Positions 1-12,900 of a stretch of DNA of 64,000 nucleotides are shown piece by piece. The position numbers and the translations under genes are program-made. The stretch is from Oopsacas minuta (Eukaryota > Animalia > Porifera). The notes under the pieces are model-generated. The model ran no database searches. It was not told the origin of the DNA and saw nothing but the letters and a program-made list of their open reading frames with translations. Each line of letters begins with the position of its first letter. The stretch's first letter is position 1. The DNA lies in contig JAKMXF010000177.1 of assembly GCA_024704765.1 (NCBI GenBank), forward strand, positions 62,001 to 126,000, in the 5' to 3' direction.

Positions 1-432
1 GAAGCTATCAAGTCTAAGATGCGTGACAAGTTGAGTTCTCATGTTTTGCTTCAGCATGATAATGCTCCAGCCCATACCAGCAGGCGAACTTTGGATGAAA
101 TTCAACATTTAGCGTTCGAATTACTCCCATATCCCCCGTACAGCCCAGATCTAGCGCCCAGCAACTACTGGCTTTTTTCAGAAATGAAAAGACCACTTAG
201 AGGTAAACGTTTCAGCGATTTTGAGCACCTTAGGTCCGCTGTAAATTCATGGATTCAAGGTACCCCTGAAAAATTCTTCACCACAGGAATAAATAAACTC
301 CCATCAAAATGGAAGAAATCTATTGAGGTAAAGGGTGAATTTATTGAAAACTATGAACAATAATTAGTTGAGCATGATCATTGATAAATAAAATATATTT
401 GCAATTCCACGAACTTTTTGGACAACCTGGTA
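1..432 (+). mobile_element. 3' part of a mariner (Tc1/mariner) element; transposase C-terminus at 19-363
   Basis: ORF contains LQHDNAPAH, PYSPDLAPSNYWLF and the KLPSKWKKSIEVKGEF mariner tail. A TIR-like end (GAACTTTTTGGACAACCTGG-TA) lies at ~411-432. The third catalytic Asp reads Asn. The 5' part is outside the window. Confidence 0.9.
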
Positions 433-714
433 CATAGTTGTCAATCTTTAGCGAGCTTCGATTATCGGAACTTTTGGACTTGTTCTAACGAGTCCGATAA
501 TCGAGGTTGCACTTATTTGAAAATAATAAAATGCACCCGAAAATATCAATCTATTGAGATTTTACAAAGCTATGGTTGAACAATAATAGGGCAGTAATGT
601 AGCTGTATCCATTAGAAAAGAATATATTTGGATTCCCTCTTTAGGATGGATAAGCCCTTGCAGCAGCCCCTAAGATTGAAATAGTGAGGTCGTGGGCCCA
701 CAATAGGTGCGACA

Positions 715-778
715 ACCGGGGCCTCAGCTGCGCTGACCGGGGCCTGGCCCCGGCTGGCCCCCCTTGGCCACGCCACTG
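715..778 (-). repeat. GC-rich terminal fragment of a non-autonomous DNA transposon (hAT-like)
   Basis: Minus strand reads CAGTGGCGTGGCCAAGGGGGGCCAGCCGGGGCCAGGCCCCGG, typical of hAT/MITE termini. The partner end was not identified. Confidence 0.35.
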
Positions 779-2503
779 CTCAGATCGAACTTCAACCTCA
801 ACTTTTTCAAGAACTTATTGAAGGACCATCTAGAAAATTTTAGTTAACTTAACACTAAGATTACTTCAAAATCAAGAAGGTGAATACCGCGAGAACAAGC
901 GGCACAATTGTAATACAATTGGTTGGGATATATTAAATAAGATACTCACTACAGGCGCTTATAGTTTTCTCTCGAACAAAGTCAATAACCTGGATGGTCT
1001 ACATAAACTTGAGTTTGAGAATATTCGAAAATTGAAGAAAATAGTTTGTATGAAGCATCAGGAAAAGTACAGGGAACACGGGAAATCCGATTAAAATCTG
1101 GTATAGCCTCGGGCAGCCAAAGGCTGGAATATATTGTTCAACGGAATGATTCAATATTAGGTAACCACCAAATAATTCAGTACTAGGTATTAGGTTGGTC
1201 AAATCACATATTTGTATTATAACCATTATTCAGTTCGAGCGATTGCAACCTTGAAAATACGACACATGTCACATTCATTCTCTATATGCTTCAGAAAGTG
1301 GGATGAAGAAATTTAGTTGGATAGTAAGTTGCGTATGAAAAGTATTTAGTGGAAGCAGAAATGAAATATACGTTTAATGTGCAAACTTTCGAAATCGTAA
1401 ATTTGATATTTTGTCTCGACTGTTGGAGTAAAGTATACGTATATGTTGGATAGTATTGACATATACTCCAACATTCGGAGTATTCAGTGTTGGGCTTCAT
1501 TTTCTTTGTAAAATTATCGAGTATATGAATTCTTGCGACGAAGAAACAATTGATAATATATATTTGTAGAAAAATTATACCATGTAAAACAGATGTTTTT
1601 ACAATAATCTAGCACCCATCACCTTTTTCATTCAAATCGTTAGAGTTTAGCAATTTATAGTTTGGAGTACTTTGTCTCTAGATAGAGAAATGATTGGAAT
1701 TGTATTTCCCTTATGATTACCTAAAATATGGACTCGCCTTTGTCTAACCTTGTCGCTGTATATAGTTGACATAAAGATTTCAACGATTTAAAGTATGAAG
1801 TATATGTTAGTTAGTAAATTGTTTCAAACTAAGCAATAATGTGAAACATAGATAGAACCTGATAATAGGCGAATTTGCCAATAGTGAAATGTTATTTTTT
1901 GAAGAAATAAGACCGAAAATCCTTCAATGCAAAACATCATGAAATGATTCATAAAGCCCATTCAGAACAACCTAACCAGGTGTCCCAGGAATAATTGAGA
2001 TAAGTTAGTGGGCAGGTATGCAATAATCACACAGCATTTTGGAATTAGTACTAGCTTAGGATTGATATGCCCAACAATCTTATGCAGGCCAGAGCTCGGC
2101 ACGACTAACATGCGCCCATGCTTTAGAGAATCCAAAAACAAACGATATCTACTAGAATTAAATTTCTTATTTAAAATCTATGGATTATTTATAGATGCAT
2201 TACAAATGTAGCTATTAGATGCCAAATACAAAATTCATTCACCCATACAGTACCCAATTGCGCAATTGTAGGGAGAGAAATTTGGGGGAAATGCGAGGTT
2301 GTAATTAATTTAGATAAATATTACACTTGCAATTAACCTCGGAACAAAATACGTCAAGGATAATTGTTGTTGGAAGCAATACGTTACGGTCAAGAATTCT
2401 TTATATATCTACTGAAAAGATAAAAGCAACAACGTCAATACAGGGAAATAATAGAATTAGTGTAGCAGAAAATTCACCGGGGCCAAACACCCAATTAAAA
2501 GGA

Positions 2504-3154
2504 TCATATCATATATACCTGATTATGTTTCACTGGAGTTAATATAAACTTAGGAAGCTCAAGGTCCTTTGGCATACAAACAACGGAAGATGTAGAGAGA
2601 GGAATAAGCTCAGGGGGTTCTTCAAGGTGATCAATGCTCTCAGATATTGAATATTTTCCATCAATATCGAGGATTATAGTCTCACCCAAGACAGGATTAG
2701 AGCTTTGTTCATGAGCATAAGGGACCAAGGAATACGGGTCAGCCGTAGGAGAAATAACCGGAGATTCAAATGAAGAAACAGGGGTAAATTCAATTTTTTC
2801 TAAATCTTTAATTGAGGCATTAGAAATACTTGATGAAGCTTGAATAAGTAAGTGATCGGTTACCAATGGAATTGGAAGAGAGTCATGAGTGCTACCGGAG
2901 CTAGAATTATTGCCATTAGTATTAGATGGATATGATAAAGTTTGAGTATTGTCAATAGTACATGGTTGAAGGAAGAATCGGGAATTCGAAAAAACAGATT
3001 GCTGATTATATAGGGAAATAACCTTACCCGAGAATTTCTTTTTATTACCATTTTTCTCTTCAATCAAATTTCGCTGCTGGTTCAACTTGTGAGAACGTAT
3101 TTGAAAAGAAGTTTTTTCAGAATATAAATCTGGGCCTAAATCTGCACATGCCAT
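2504..3154 (-). CDS. Unidentified Ser/Pro-rich ORF, probably an internal or first exon of a host gene
   Basis: 216-codon open frame in AT-rich DNA. Acceptor-like TTTTAG just upstream and donor-like CAG|GTATAT near 2519. No recognisable domain. Confidence 0.35.
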   Translation of the reverse strand: MACADLGPDLYSEKTSFQIRSHKLNQQRNLIEEKNGNKKKFSGKVISLYNQQSVFSNSRFFLQPCTIDNTQTLSYPSNTNGNNSSSGSTHDSLPIPLVTDHLLIQASSSISNASIKDLEKIEFTPVSSFESPVISPTADPYSLVPYAHEQSSNPVLGETIILDIDGKYSISESIDHLEEPPELIPLSTSSVVCMPKDLELPKFILTPVKHNQVYMI

Positions 3155-3828
3155 AATCTAAAATAGTTAAAATTGGTAGAAAAATGATGAAATGATCGTA
3201 TTAATTTATTATGAGTCCCAACATTTTATGCAATATCTAGAATATTTAAACAAACTAGGGTAGGTATCGGGTATAAGAAAGTTTCAGTGGAATCGCATCT
3301 TTTACGAATTTAGCCATACCATATAAAAGGCCTGCTGTATAATATTTGAGACACTATGGTATTTTGAGAGGAATGCTGCAAAGTAGAAAGATCCAAAGAA
3401 ATGTAATCGAATATAGAACCAAGAAATAAGACATCCCTCTGAATTCCTTAATTTTTAACCCCACGAATGAGAGTAGCGAGTATTGGAGCGCAGGGGAAAT
3501 GAGCGGGATTGATGAACGAAGCGCCCTCCAAAGTCTTGAAGCCTAGGGAAGAGTTAATTTAGTGTTGGGTAATTTCACCCCTAATTTCCTGGAATTGAAG
3601 AAGTGACGGTCCTGGAACAAGCAGGTGGCTAAATACGCGACGTGACGTTATGGAAGCCTCCTAAAGGGTGAGTGAATACATTTTGGGAAAATACATATAT
3701 CAACTCATTTCTTTAGAATTGATAGGTGTGTGTGTTGAGGAATATTATTGATGATATAAATTCTCAGCATTTTAAAAATGTTTTCTAGTGATATAATTTT
3801 ATATAACCCCCAACCAAAATATCTCTTT

Positions 3829-5415
3829 ATCTATATGATTATTCCTATAACGAGTCATTGGCTCATCGCTTTGCTATTAACTCGGTGTATTGTGTCTCGA
3901 GGTATCCATTATTATCCAAATTGACGCCCTTGGAGTAATATATTATAGATATATTTCGAACACTGTAATTCACAAATATACGTATATGACAAATAAATTA
4001 TTGAAATTTTTTGTGAGATCAACCACCTTAGTTGCCGTCTAGAGCAAGTATCTACATAAATTTTGAGATTTTTCAAAATAGATTCCTTTAAATATATAAA
4101 ACAACAATCAATTTACATATGAGAACCTTAAAATGCGAAATTCGGATTCAGCGTACTCAGTAAATCCTGGGTAGTCGTTTAGAGCAAGGCTATTCATAAA
4201 ACATCAATATAATAACATATCAACGAACGAACAAACAAACAAACAAACAACAATTGAGATTATATTATATTGATGTTGTTTACAATACTATACTCGGCCT
4301 CAGCATACTCGCTTAATTCAGTAGAACCAGAAAGCATGATTCTAAAAACAATATTGAAATTTGTTCAATATAAATACCTAAGAGTAAACAAATATTCATA
4401 ATATGTAGTTTACAATATCATATTCGAACTCAGCATACTCGATTACAACAGTATAGTCGTTGAAAGTATGATTCGACGACAATTTTGAAATTGTTGCTTA
4501 ATATTCATGCAAACAACAATTTACATATGAGGAACTTGAAAATACGAAATTCGGATTCAGCGTACTGTGTTACCCCTGTCATGGACTACTATATCATACA
4601 GATAGGAAGTAGCCGAGGAACGAATAAAAAAGTGAGGCCATTTATATAAATTAAATAAAAGTTAAATTATCCATCCAAAATTTGTAAATTGAATATTTTT
4701 GAAAATTCATAAATCTATTTTTGATAAATATATTATTCTCATGTCCATAGTATAATTAATAAATTTTTCTGGCAATAAGCAATCTTGAAACATCGATTTA
4801 GCTTAAGGGTGCAATACATGTACGAAATTCAAACAAAATTAGCATAAAAGTAAATAAAACACATTTCTTACAAAACATTTGAGAAAATATTCAAAATATA
4901 TAAATGCTAACCTCCTTCCATAAATGGCACCTAAACGAGATTAAGGATGGCTGTTTGAACTTTATAGGTAGTCTTAACTGATTCTTTACATTTTCTAACC
5001 CTAAAAATGTTCAATTTACAAATTTTGAAGGGTTAATTTAACGTTTATGAGATTTATATAAATGGCCTCACTTTTTTATTCGTTGCTCGGCTACTTTCCT
5101 ATCTGTATGATATAGTAGTATATGCCCCTGTGTAGCCGTTTAGAGCAAACCTGTATATATATTTTGTAATCTGGCTAATTTGTTTACTATATATTCATAA
5201 AAACAACAATAAATTTACATAACATTAATCTCAAAGAGTGAAAATCTGATTCAGCATGTTCGATATATTTAGTGGAGTTTTATTGAATTATAGTTGCTTC
5301 CTTGATAAACACAATAAATGCATAGTTATGCGACAATTTCAAATTGTATACCTTAAATCCTTTCCTTGACAACAAAGAAACAAACAGACAATAATTAAGA
5401 TTCAATAATATAGAT
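3829..5415 (-). mobile_element. Cluster of non-autonomous Helitron/Helentron-like (HINE/DINE-like) repeats
   Basis: Reiterated modules (TTCGGATTCAGCGTACT / TTCGAACTCAGCATACTC). Ends read ATCTATATTATTAAATCTCAATTG on the minus strand next to an (AAAC/AGAC)n microsatellite. The same modules recur at 16993-17397, 54316-54388 and 59738-59780. Confidence 0.5.
4580..5124. mobile_element. MITE with ~85-bp TIRs and 7-bp TSD (P-superfamily-like)
   Basis: TIRs CATGGACTACTATATCATACAGATAGG / CCTATCTGTATGATATAGTAGTATATG. CCCCTGT is duplicated at 4573-4579 and 5125-5131. The joined flanks resemble the uninterrupted module at 4141-4190. Confidence 0.8.
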
Positions 5416-8400
5416 TAAAAATTATACAAAATCTGATACACTTGATAGTTTACTAAACAGAGGTTTTCCGAAAATGGATACATTCATCAATTTGTATCAT
5501 AAAAACGAAACGTAAAGCTGCATAACTTGAATATTAAAAGAGAATATGTACATAAATTGAGGTGAACTATTGAAAGTGATCACATGATTTAGTGAAATTT
5601 ATAAAACCAGAAGATCTTCAAATTATATAGTTTCTGATCGTTCCTTAGATTAATTGTATACTTATGCTTTCTTACTCATAAAAACTAAAACAAAGCTGCT
5701 TTGTCATAACCAGCATTGTTTTGATCTGTAATATTGAAAATACTTAGTTAAAACTTAGTTCTTGCTCATTTTTCATTAAAAAATAAGTTTTAGCAATACT
5801 TAAGTTTAAATAGTCTCGTAAATATGGCTCAAGGAATAATTATTATAATAGAAATATGAAGCGTCGTTACAAGCGTGATTTATTACCTAGCCGTCATAAC
5901 GATGAGAATGATGGTTGCTGAGTTTACCAAAACTCTACTATTCTAGATGTTGTAATAATTTCTGACCAAGGTTCGAGAGAGAGATGAGTCAAAAATTGCT
6001 AGAAGCTGCTGTAAGCTTTTGTTACCTTTCAAGGAATGAAGCGTTGGCAAGCCAGGTAAGAAGTCGAGAGTTAGTGGCTATTCGGAAATATACTACTTAG
6101 TTTACCATGTATTTTTGTGAGATCATAAAATTTTGCAAATTAAGAGTTGCAATGAGTGATTATCTTTAAGTCAGTAATCAAACATTTCGAAAACTATCGT
6201 TCGATATTGGATTCATTTTTGAATGAATAAGGAATAATTCTATTCATGAACTTCCATTATTTTGAATTATCCAACTTAAAGCCCAATATGATGTGAGAAT
6301 TTAATATTGTTAACGCTTGAGGTATTTAATTCTTCTTATTAACACCTTAGATCACAATATCCTAGCGAAATCCATTATACATTTTCTTACTTATGATATT
6401 TACTATCTAATCAGCACAGTTTTGAATCAATCATAATAGGAGCATTTAGGGCAAATTAATTGCCCTTTGCTCCTTTTTTGTAAATCGGAATCTGTATACA
6501 TAACTTGGTAAATTCGCACTAATGTATTTACTTTTTGGCCATGTAACATCGAATAGAAATAGAATTAAAGTTCTCATTTGTTGAATATATTTCTTCCGGT
6601 AGAGAATGATAATGCAGGACCTAACACTTTTGAATGACATACATTATCCACATCATTAGTTGCAAATATCAAGCTAAGGATTTCAAGGAATTGTTATAAA
6701 ACTGAATAAGCAGTTATAAAATGAACGCTCCAAAACGTATTTAGATCTTATTGAGATACTGTGTTAATTTCTCGTATCAAATTCTTATTATTCCTAGCGG
6801 GCTTTGCTCGCTAGGTCGCTGCCGGACAGGTTAGTACCTCAGGTTAGCTTAAGTATCAAAGAGCTAAATTTCTGGTGATAAAGACAAACAAATTGAATCA
6901 CCTTATTGGTCACTGCACAGCTAAATTTGCCAAATGTCCTGACGGCAAGATTTTGGCGAAAGGTTAACTCATCACGGGATTATATGTCACCATGACTAGA
7001 GGAAAATCAACATTTCCCAAATTTCGAATTTTTGAGCATTTCATAATACTCTAGACACGAAGTTCCCATATTACTAAACAAAAACTATGTAGCAGCTCTG
7101 GGATTACCACAGAAGGTTATTAAATGGAATTGGATGACCATAGATAATAAATATTAAATTTCCGCGAAATGTTCACTTCGACGCACACAGTGCTGAGTTT
7201 ATACGGTCGCGGAGCGACATTTATCATTATTAGTATTATTTGTTAACTACGCCCTAGTATTCGTGGGACTGGGCTTGAGAGTTGGGGAATAAACCAAAGG
7301 TTGAGAGAGTTGGAAGGCCTGGAAATATTTATATGCATTCCAGATGATGACACCCCAAATTGTTGATTCGGACCCTAACAACTCAATGGCAATAATTACA
7401 ATATCTATGTATCTATATTATAAAAACACAATTATACTATCTATATGTATATATGTTGTATAATATAGATTATCATAGATAGTTCAAATTTGAACAAGAA
7501 ACATATAGTTTTCGTAAACAACCCTGGCACCTGGAAAAGTCCATGCGACCCAGAGGCATACCCTAAATCTTCCTGGTCTTATGATATGGTTCACACAAAT
7601 GACTCTTTGTTATATTATATCAAACTTTCATAATATCCAATCGAAAAAGTCCTTCTTTCACGAAATATTTGGTCTGTATTGTTTTCTGTCCTACCGGACC
7701 AAATATTTTGCCGTTTTCTCTCCGAGGATAAAAATAATGGATTAATGGATTAAATAGATATACTTTTGTTGATCAGAATTAAAATTTTCCCTCATTTATC
7801 CCATATACGTATTACCAAATTTAGAAACGTTCATTGAATAATTATATGCATGCATAATCGAGTAATCACACACTTAAAATAGTTATTATGCTTGTGAACC
7901 CAGAAACCCAGGTTACTCCCCAAGGGAAAACCCATGTATGTATGGTTCATTTGGTCAGGAAATAATCACAAATTGGTGATGCACTTCACAATCACAAAAT
8001 ACATATACATTTCCTGAGTTTTGGTAGTGACAATGAAGGGATTTTCTTTTTCCAATATGTAAATCTGTAGTCCTAGCCCCGTACAAGTTTAAACGTCAAA
8101 TTTAGAATCAATGTACATTAGTACCAGGTTTATATCAAATCTATTTGAGTTGGCAAAGTATTAATTGTTAGTCTATCAACTCACTCAAGAAAATGAATTG
8201 ATTTTGCCAACTATAACTGAGTTGATAAGCCATGAAATATATTATAATATAAACGAGAAATATGCATTAGACAGATAACTCATTTTTTAAATAAATGGGT
8301 ACTAACATGTAAGGCAGTTCTACATAAAGCTTTGAAAATTGAACAGATTGAGATGGATCATAGTTGGGTGATAATCCATAGCACATGTTTTTTGGCATTT

Positions 8401-8759
8401 AATAGACAGAGTATATCATTATACTCAGCTCGATGTTGGGAAATTGTAAACAACCAAACTACTACAAATCAGACATTCCAACTGTTTTTGCATCTCTGTT
8501 CGGCACATGTATTGAATCGAATTAGCTACAGATTAGATACAACTAATAAATTAGACAAAAAATGTAAAATGTTAGTATTGCATTAATTCGTACTATGGTT
8601 AAAGTTACAATATTTATGAAATATGCCTCGTTTTCGAATTATTATATATTTTGCTGACTACGGAATTGAGGTTACTTCAAGTAATTAAGAGTTTAGTAGA
8701 TTGGGAAAAAGGGAAATTTCGAAATCAAGTGTTTAGAAAACTTTTATATTGATGATTAC

Positions 8760-9960
8760 CCTGACAATGCTAAAGGTAACACATATAAAAAATGCCTCCC
8801 TTTGGAAAATACTTCGAAGAATATTACTCTAACCCAATTGTAAAATTTCTAGAGCAAAACACCTGGTACCAAATCAAAATGCATCTCATTCTCATGAAAT
8901 CCTCAAATGTATTTTGACTTATGACATCACCATTGCTTTCTTTTGGAGTTGGATCATTCCAAGTAAACACAAATGGTATTTCAACTGATAGCAATCCAGA
9001 AATCGAGAATTGGTTTAAAAAGGTCAAACATTGCGCATTTAAATCCCAAAATAATATCAGAGTTGGTGATTTTATACAATGCGTCTTACACACAAAGGAG
9101 ATAGATTGGCTTCATTTGAATTCGCATTTCAACCATTGGGTTACAAAGCATTCAAAGTGAAGGAAAAATGCGAGAGGCTACTAATAAGAGAACGTAGAGA
9201 AATTTGGGGAAAAGAAAGAGAAACAAAAATAGCTACATTCATCCAAAATATGTGCAGAAGACAGTATTTGAAAAATTTTAAGGATTTTAGCTTAGGAAAA
9301 ACATAATATCTACCTAATCCTTTGAATAAACAAATCAATCAGATGTACCAAAAAGGCTACATTAGAAGTTTTAGAAAAAACAATACCAATACTAGCTAAA
9401 GTATTTAGATTAGAACAGACTTGGAATTAGTAGCACTGGGTACGATCGATGTTATATTACCTCCCTTCAAGCAAATGTCATTCCTAGGTAGGGTAATCTT
9501 TGTAATATTTTAGGATTACCTTTAACAAATCCTGTATTATGTAGGATAAATTGCTCGAATAACTGTAATAAGGATGCGATCAGTTGAAATGAGCTAGAAG
9601 CATCATGAACTCCCCATATTCCCGGGGATGGGAATTGTCTATTCTCAAGTCTCTCATATATAGTTACAGGAATCACAAGTCATCACGCTATAATTCGAAA
9701 AATAATAACAGAAAGTATAGTGAGAAAACTAGTCAAATTTGTTTAAAATGGAGAAAGAATAATTTCCTCATACATATCGAAGCACAAAAGAGTACATTAG
9801 TAAGTCAAATATTGAATATGGACGAAACGTGTGGTGGAGACATCGAAATATTTCTATAGCTCCATTGTTTAACACAGATATTTGGGTAAGTACTACAGAG
9901 ATGAAAATAGTTGGATAGTGCATTCTGGGAATGCGCTAGTTTAAGGGAAATAATGAGTAG
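8760..9960 (+). pseudogene. Degenerate OTU-family cysteine protease (deubiquitinase) coding remnant, probably transposon-derived
   Basis: 9609-9746 translates TPHIPGDGNCLFSSLSYIVTGITSHHAIIRKII (OTU Cys box). ~9817-9890 gives MDETCGGDIEIF...APLFNTDIW (OTU W/GG-E-I box). Multiple stops and frameshifts. Confidence 0.6.
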
Positions 9961-12900
9961 TAGTACAGCGAATGATGCTGGATCATACTCTATACAACAT
10001 GCAGTAACCATTATCAACCAATATTGTAACAAAAAACAATTATAAACCACAAAAATGAATAAAATGTATGTACACCTATAAAATTTTAAAGAACAAAATT
10101 ACAAAAAAATAGTTTAATTATGCTCTATTATATACAATTAGTCATTTTATTGCACAATATATTATGGATACATCAGTGTCCCTATTGGACACATCAGTTT
10201 ACCTAGTAAGATACATCTATTGTGCACAAATCTGTATATGCGAATATTGATATCAGTTAAATTTCTCCAATAACGATAGATACAAATTTAGAATTTTGTC
10301 AAATATTTGTAGTCAGCGAATAATCTCTCAGTATGATAAATTATTCATGGAGTCAATTTCACTGGAATGTCAGCCAGTTCTAATGTACCCAGGTATCTCA
10401 TTGAATACCACTTCTCCTCATCCTTATTGTATTAGTGTGCTTTGAGTTTCACACAGCATTAGTCGAAGATCATCTAGGTAACTCAGATTGCAAAGATAAT
10501 ATTACATCTCATTATGTATGTATAATAGTCAGAAAATTACTTAAGTATATTCAGCGTCACATAAACATTTACTATAGTACGACTAATACAGGTTTACAAA
10601 ATGAAAATCCAATGATAATTCTTTATCAAACACCAATTAATGATTGTATCAATTTATCCACCTTAGGTCAAAAGGCTCAATTCAAATTCGGTTCGCTTAT
10701 TATGACCAAAATGTGTTCGCAATAAGAGACTTCATATTATCCGAACTCGAATTAATACAAATCCTATGTAGATTGGTATACAGACTGCAGAGACCATATA
10801 GTTAGTCAGGATAAGCGAATGTGCATATTAAGCGGGTCCATATTAAGCCTCCCTGACTGTATGTATATGCATTTCTATTATTGGTATCGTCAAGTGGTGA
10901 CAACGTTTTGATATAAGAACCTTCGACAGTTATATATATTGGTGTTACTGTAGTAATGGGGATGAGCATTTTCAATGGATTATGATATTGGTGTAGATCT
11001 AAGTATGCTTGCCAACACAATCATAGTTGTATGTACGTAAATGAAAGATATAGTAGGATATGCAAGAGAGTATGTGGAAGAAAAATATGAGAAACCTTGG
11101 CAAACAATATCTCACAGGAAAGCCCACAAAATTCAAAATCTTTTTAATATTCATGAACGTCCCTATGCCTTCTACTTCTACAATTTTATCCAAATCCAAG
11201 GACTAGAATTGCATCAAATTTACAACTGAAGTGTGCTCAGTAAAATCTTGCGCTAACTTCACACTCGTAAATAGGAGCCAGTTAATATGTACAATGTCGA
11301 CCCTACGATTATCTCATTACATTCCTTATTGAGTATTTCAACTATACAAGTAGTAAATATGTATTGCACAATCTGTGACCCAAGAGTGGCCAAAAATTTA
11401 GATGAAAATACAAAGAAAAGGGAAACAACATTTAGGGGAGGCACGGACGAAATCAAGGATATTACTTTACATGGTTTTATTTAATGTATGTTATTTATTT
11501 ATCATATATATTTCGTTATGAGGTACCCACCAAATTTAGGTAATGCATTCACGAACCATTAATAAATTAGAATTAGGGCGAGCCCCTAAAGTTAGAAGGG
11601 CCCCCAAATAGAGCAATATCAATTGGGGAGACCCCCAAATCAACCTTACAATACAATACTATTATTTACCCTTCCAAGAGTCGCTCTTTTAAATTTCTGT
11701 ATGCCTATACTTTAGATAACATTGTCTATAATATGCCTTGTTTCCCTGAAATTCATACATGAGAATACTCAGGAATCTTCAGGGCCTAACGTACATTCCT
11801 TTCCTTCATAATATATTTACTACCAATAATTCAAAATGTTCTAATCGTGTTTTGTAATGTATAAAGGAGGCCAGAATATTCCCGGATTTAATCTATTCTA
11901 GCTGATATTATACATCGAAATAACATTTAAGGGCAAAAATAACTATGCCAGAATATACTCCTATCCTTTGCCAAGTGAAAACATTGAGAAAACAATCCGG
12001 GTTATGAATATAAATAATTGAATAAAATATAGCCACAACACAAATAACTCTATCAAAGACATTGGCACACATCCAGGCGAATCTAGAGAGAGGCAAGGGG
12101 GACATTACACCAAAATTTGTACGATACACTCCAACAATTGTATAAATCACATGTATTATATTTCTCTTGTCTGAGTATAACACCTCTAGTATCCAGTTTG
12201 CAGGATTTTGTCACACCAATGTTAGCGACTACGACAGCTGATGTACCAATCCCAGAATAGTGGATTACGCCTATCTATATACACAAATCTGGAAAACAAT
12301 TCATTTAATATGGTAAACATCAACCGGACGCTAATTTCTGATATATTTGGTCCGACTGAACATATTTGCAAACCCGGACCAAATATTTCGTGACACACCA
12401 ATTGGTGATACACACTAAGGCTGTATATTGTTTGTTAGTAAACAGTTAATGAAGTACACCATCAATGAGTAATTGGCACAAAAGGAAAGAACGTAAACAC
12501 AAACATGAACATGTACATGACCAAAAAATAATATAATTGAACCTTATTGGTAAAGTATATGTGTTGCAACACTGGAAATTTTGGGATGAAAAAATGCTTG
12601 TGGTAAATTAAAAAATTGACGACCAGCTTAGGACAATGAGTATTATCGATCATTTAATTTTTGTAAATTTGAATAGAATTTTCAGAAAAGATTGAGGACG
12701 GTTTACACTATTCACTAAATTGGAAGAGAACGATTGGAACAAACAAAAAATACCCTCGAGTGAAATTTTTTATTTGGAGACTTAAAATATATCTTGTACA
12801 CATATATGTCTTCTATATCCTAAACCAATTCCCGCACCAAAAACGAGATTTTGTACCCTGTCTCGAACTTTAGTATAATATTAGTTCTATTTGTTATAAC

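Noticed and set aside
19-363. D,D34N mariner as a SETMAR/Metnase-like domesticated gene
   Set aside because: A TIR end follows the ORF, and the Asn is explained by a single G-to-A change at a CpG relative to the related mariner at 61039-61476.
3829-5415. CRISPR-like array
   Set aside because: The repeats are long, degenerate and irregularly spaced transposon modules in a eukaryotic context, with no cas genes.
11715-11790. Minus-strand CTGAAGA...GAAA hammerhead candidate
   Set aside because: Two extra nucleotides before stem II, and stems I and III do not pair properly.
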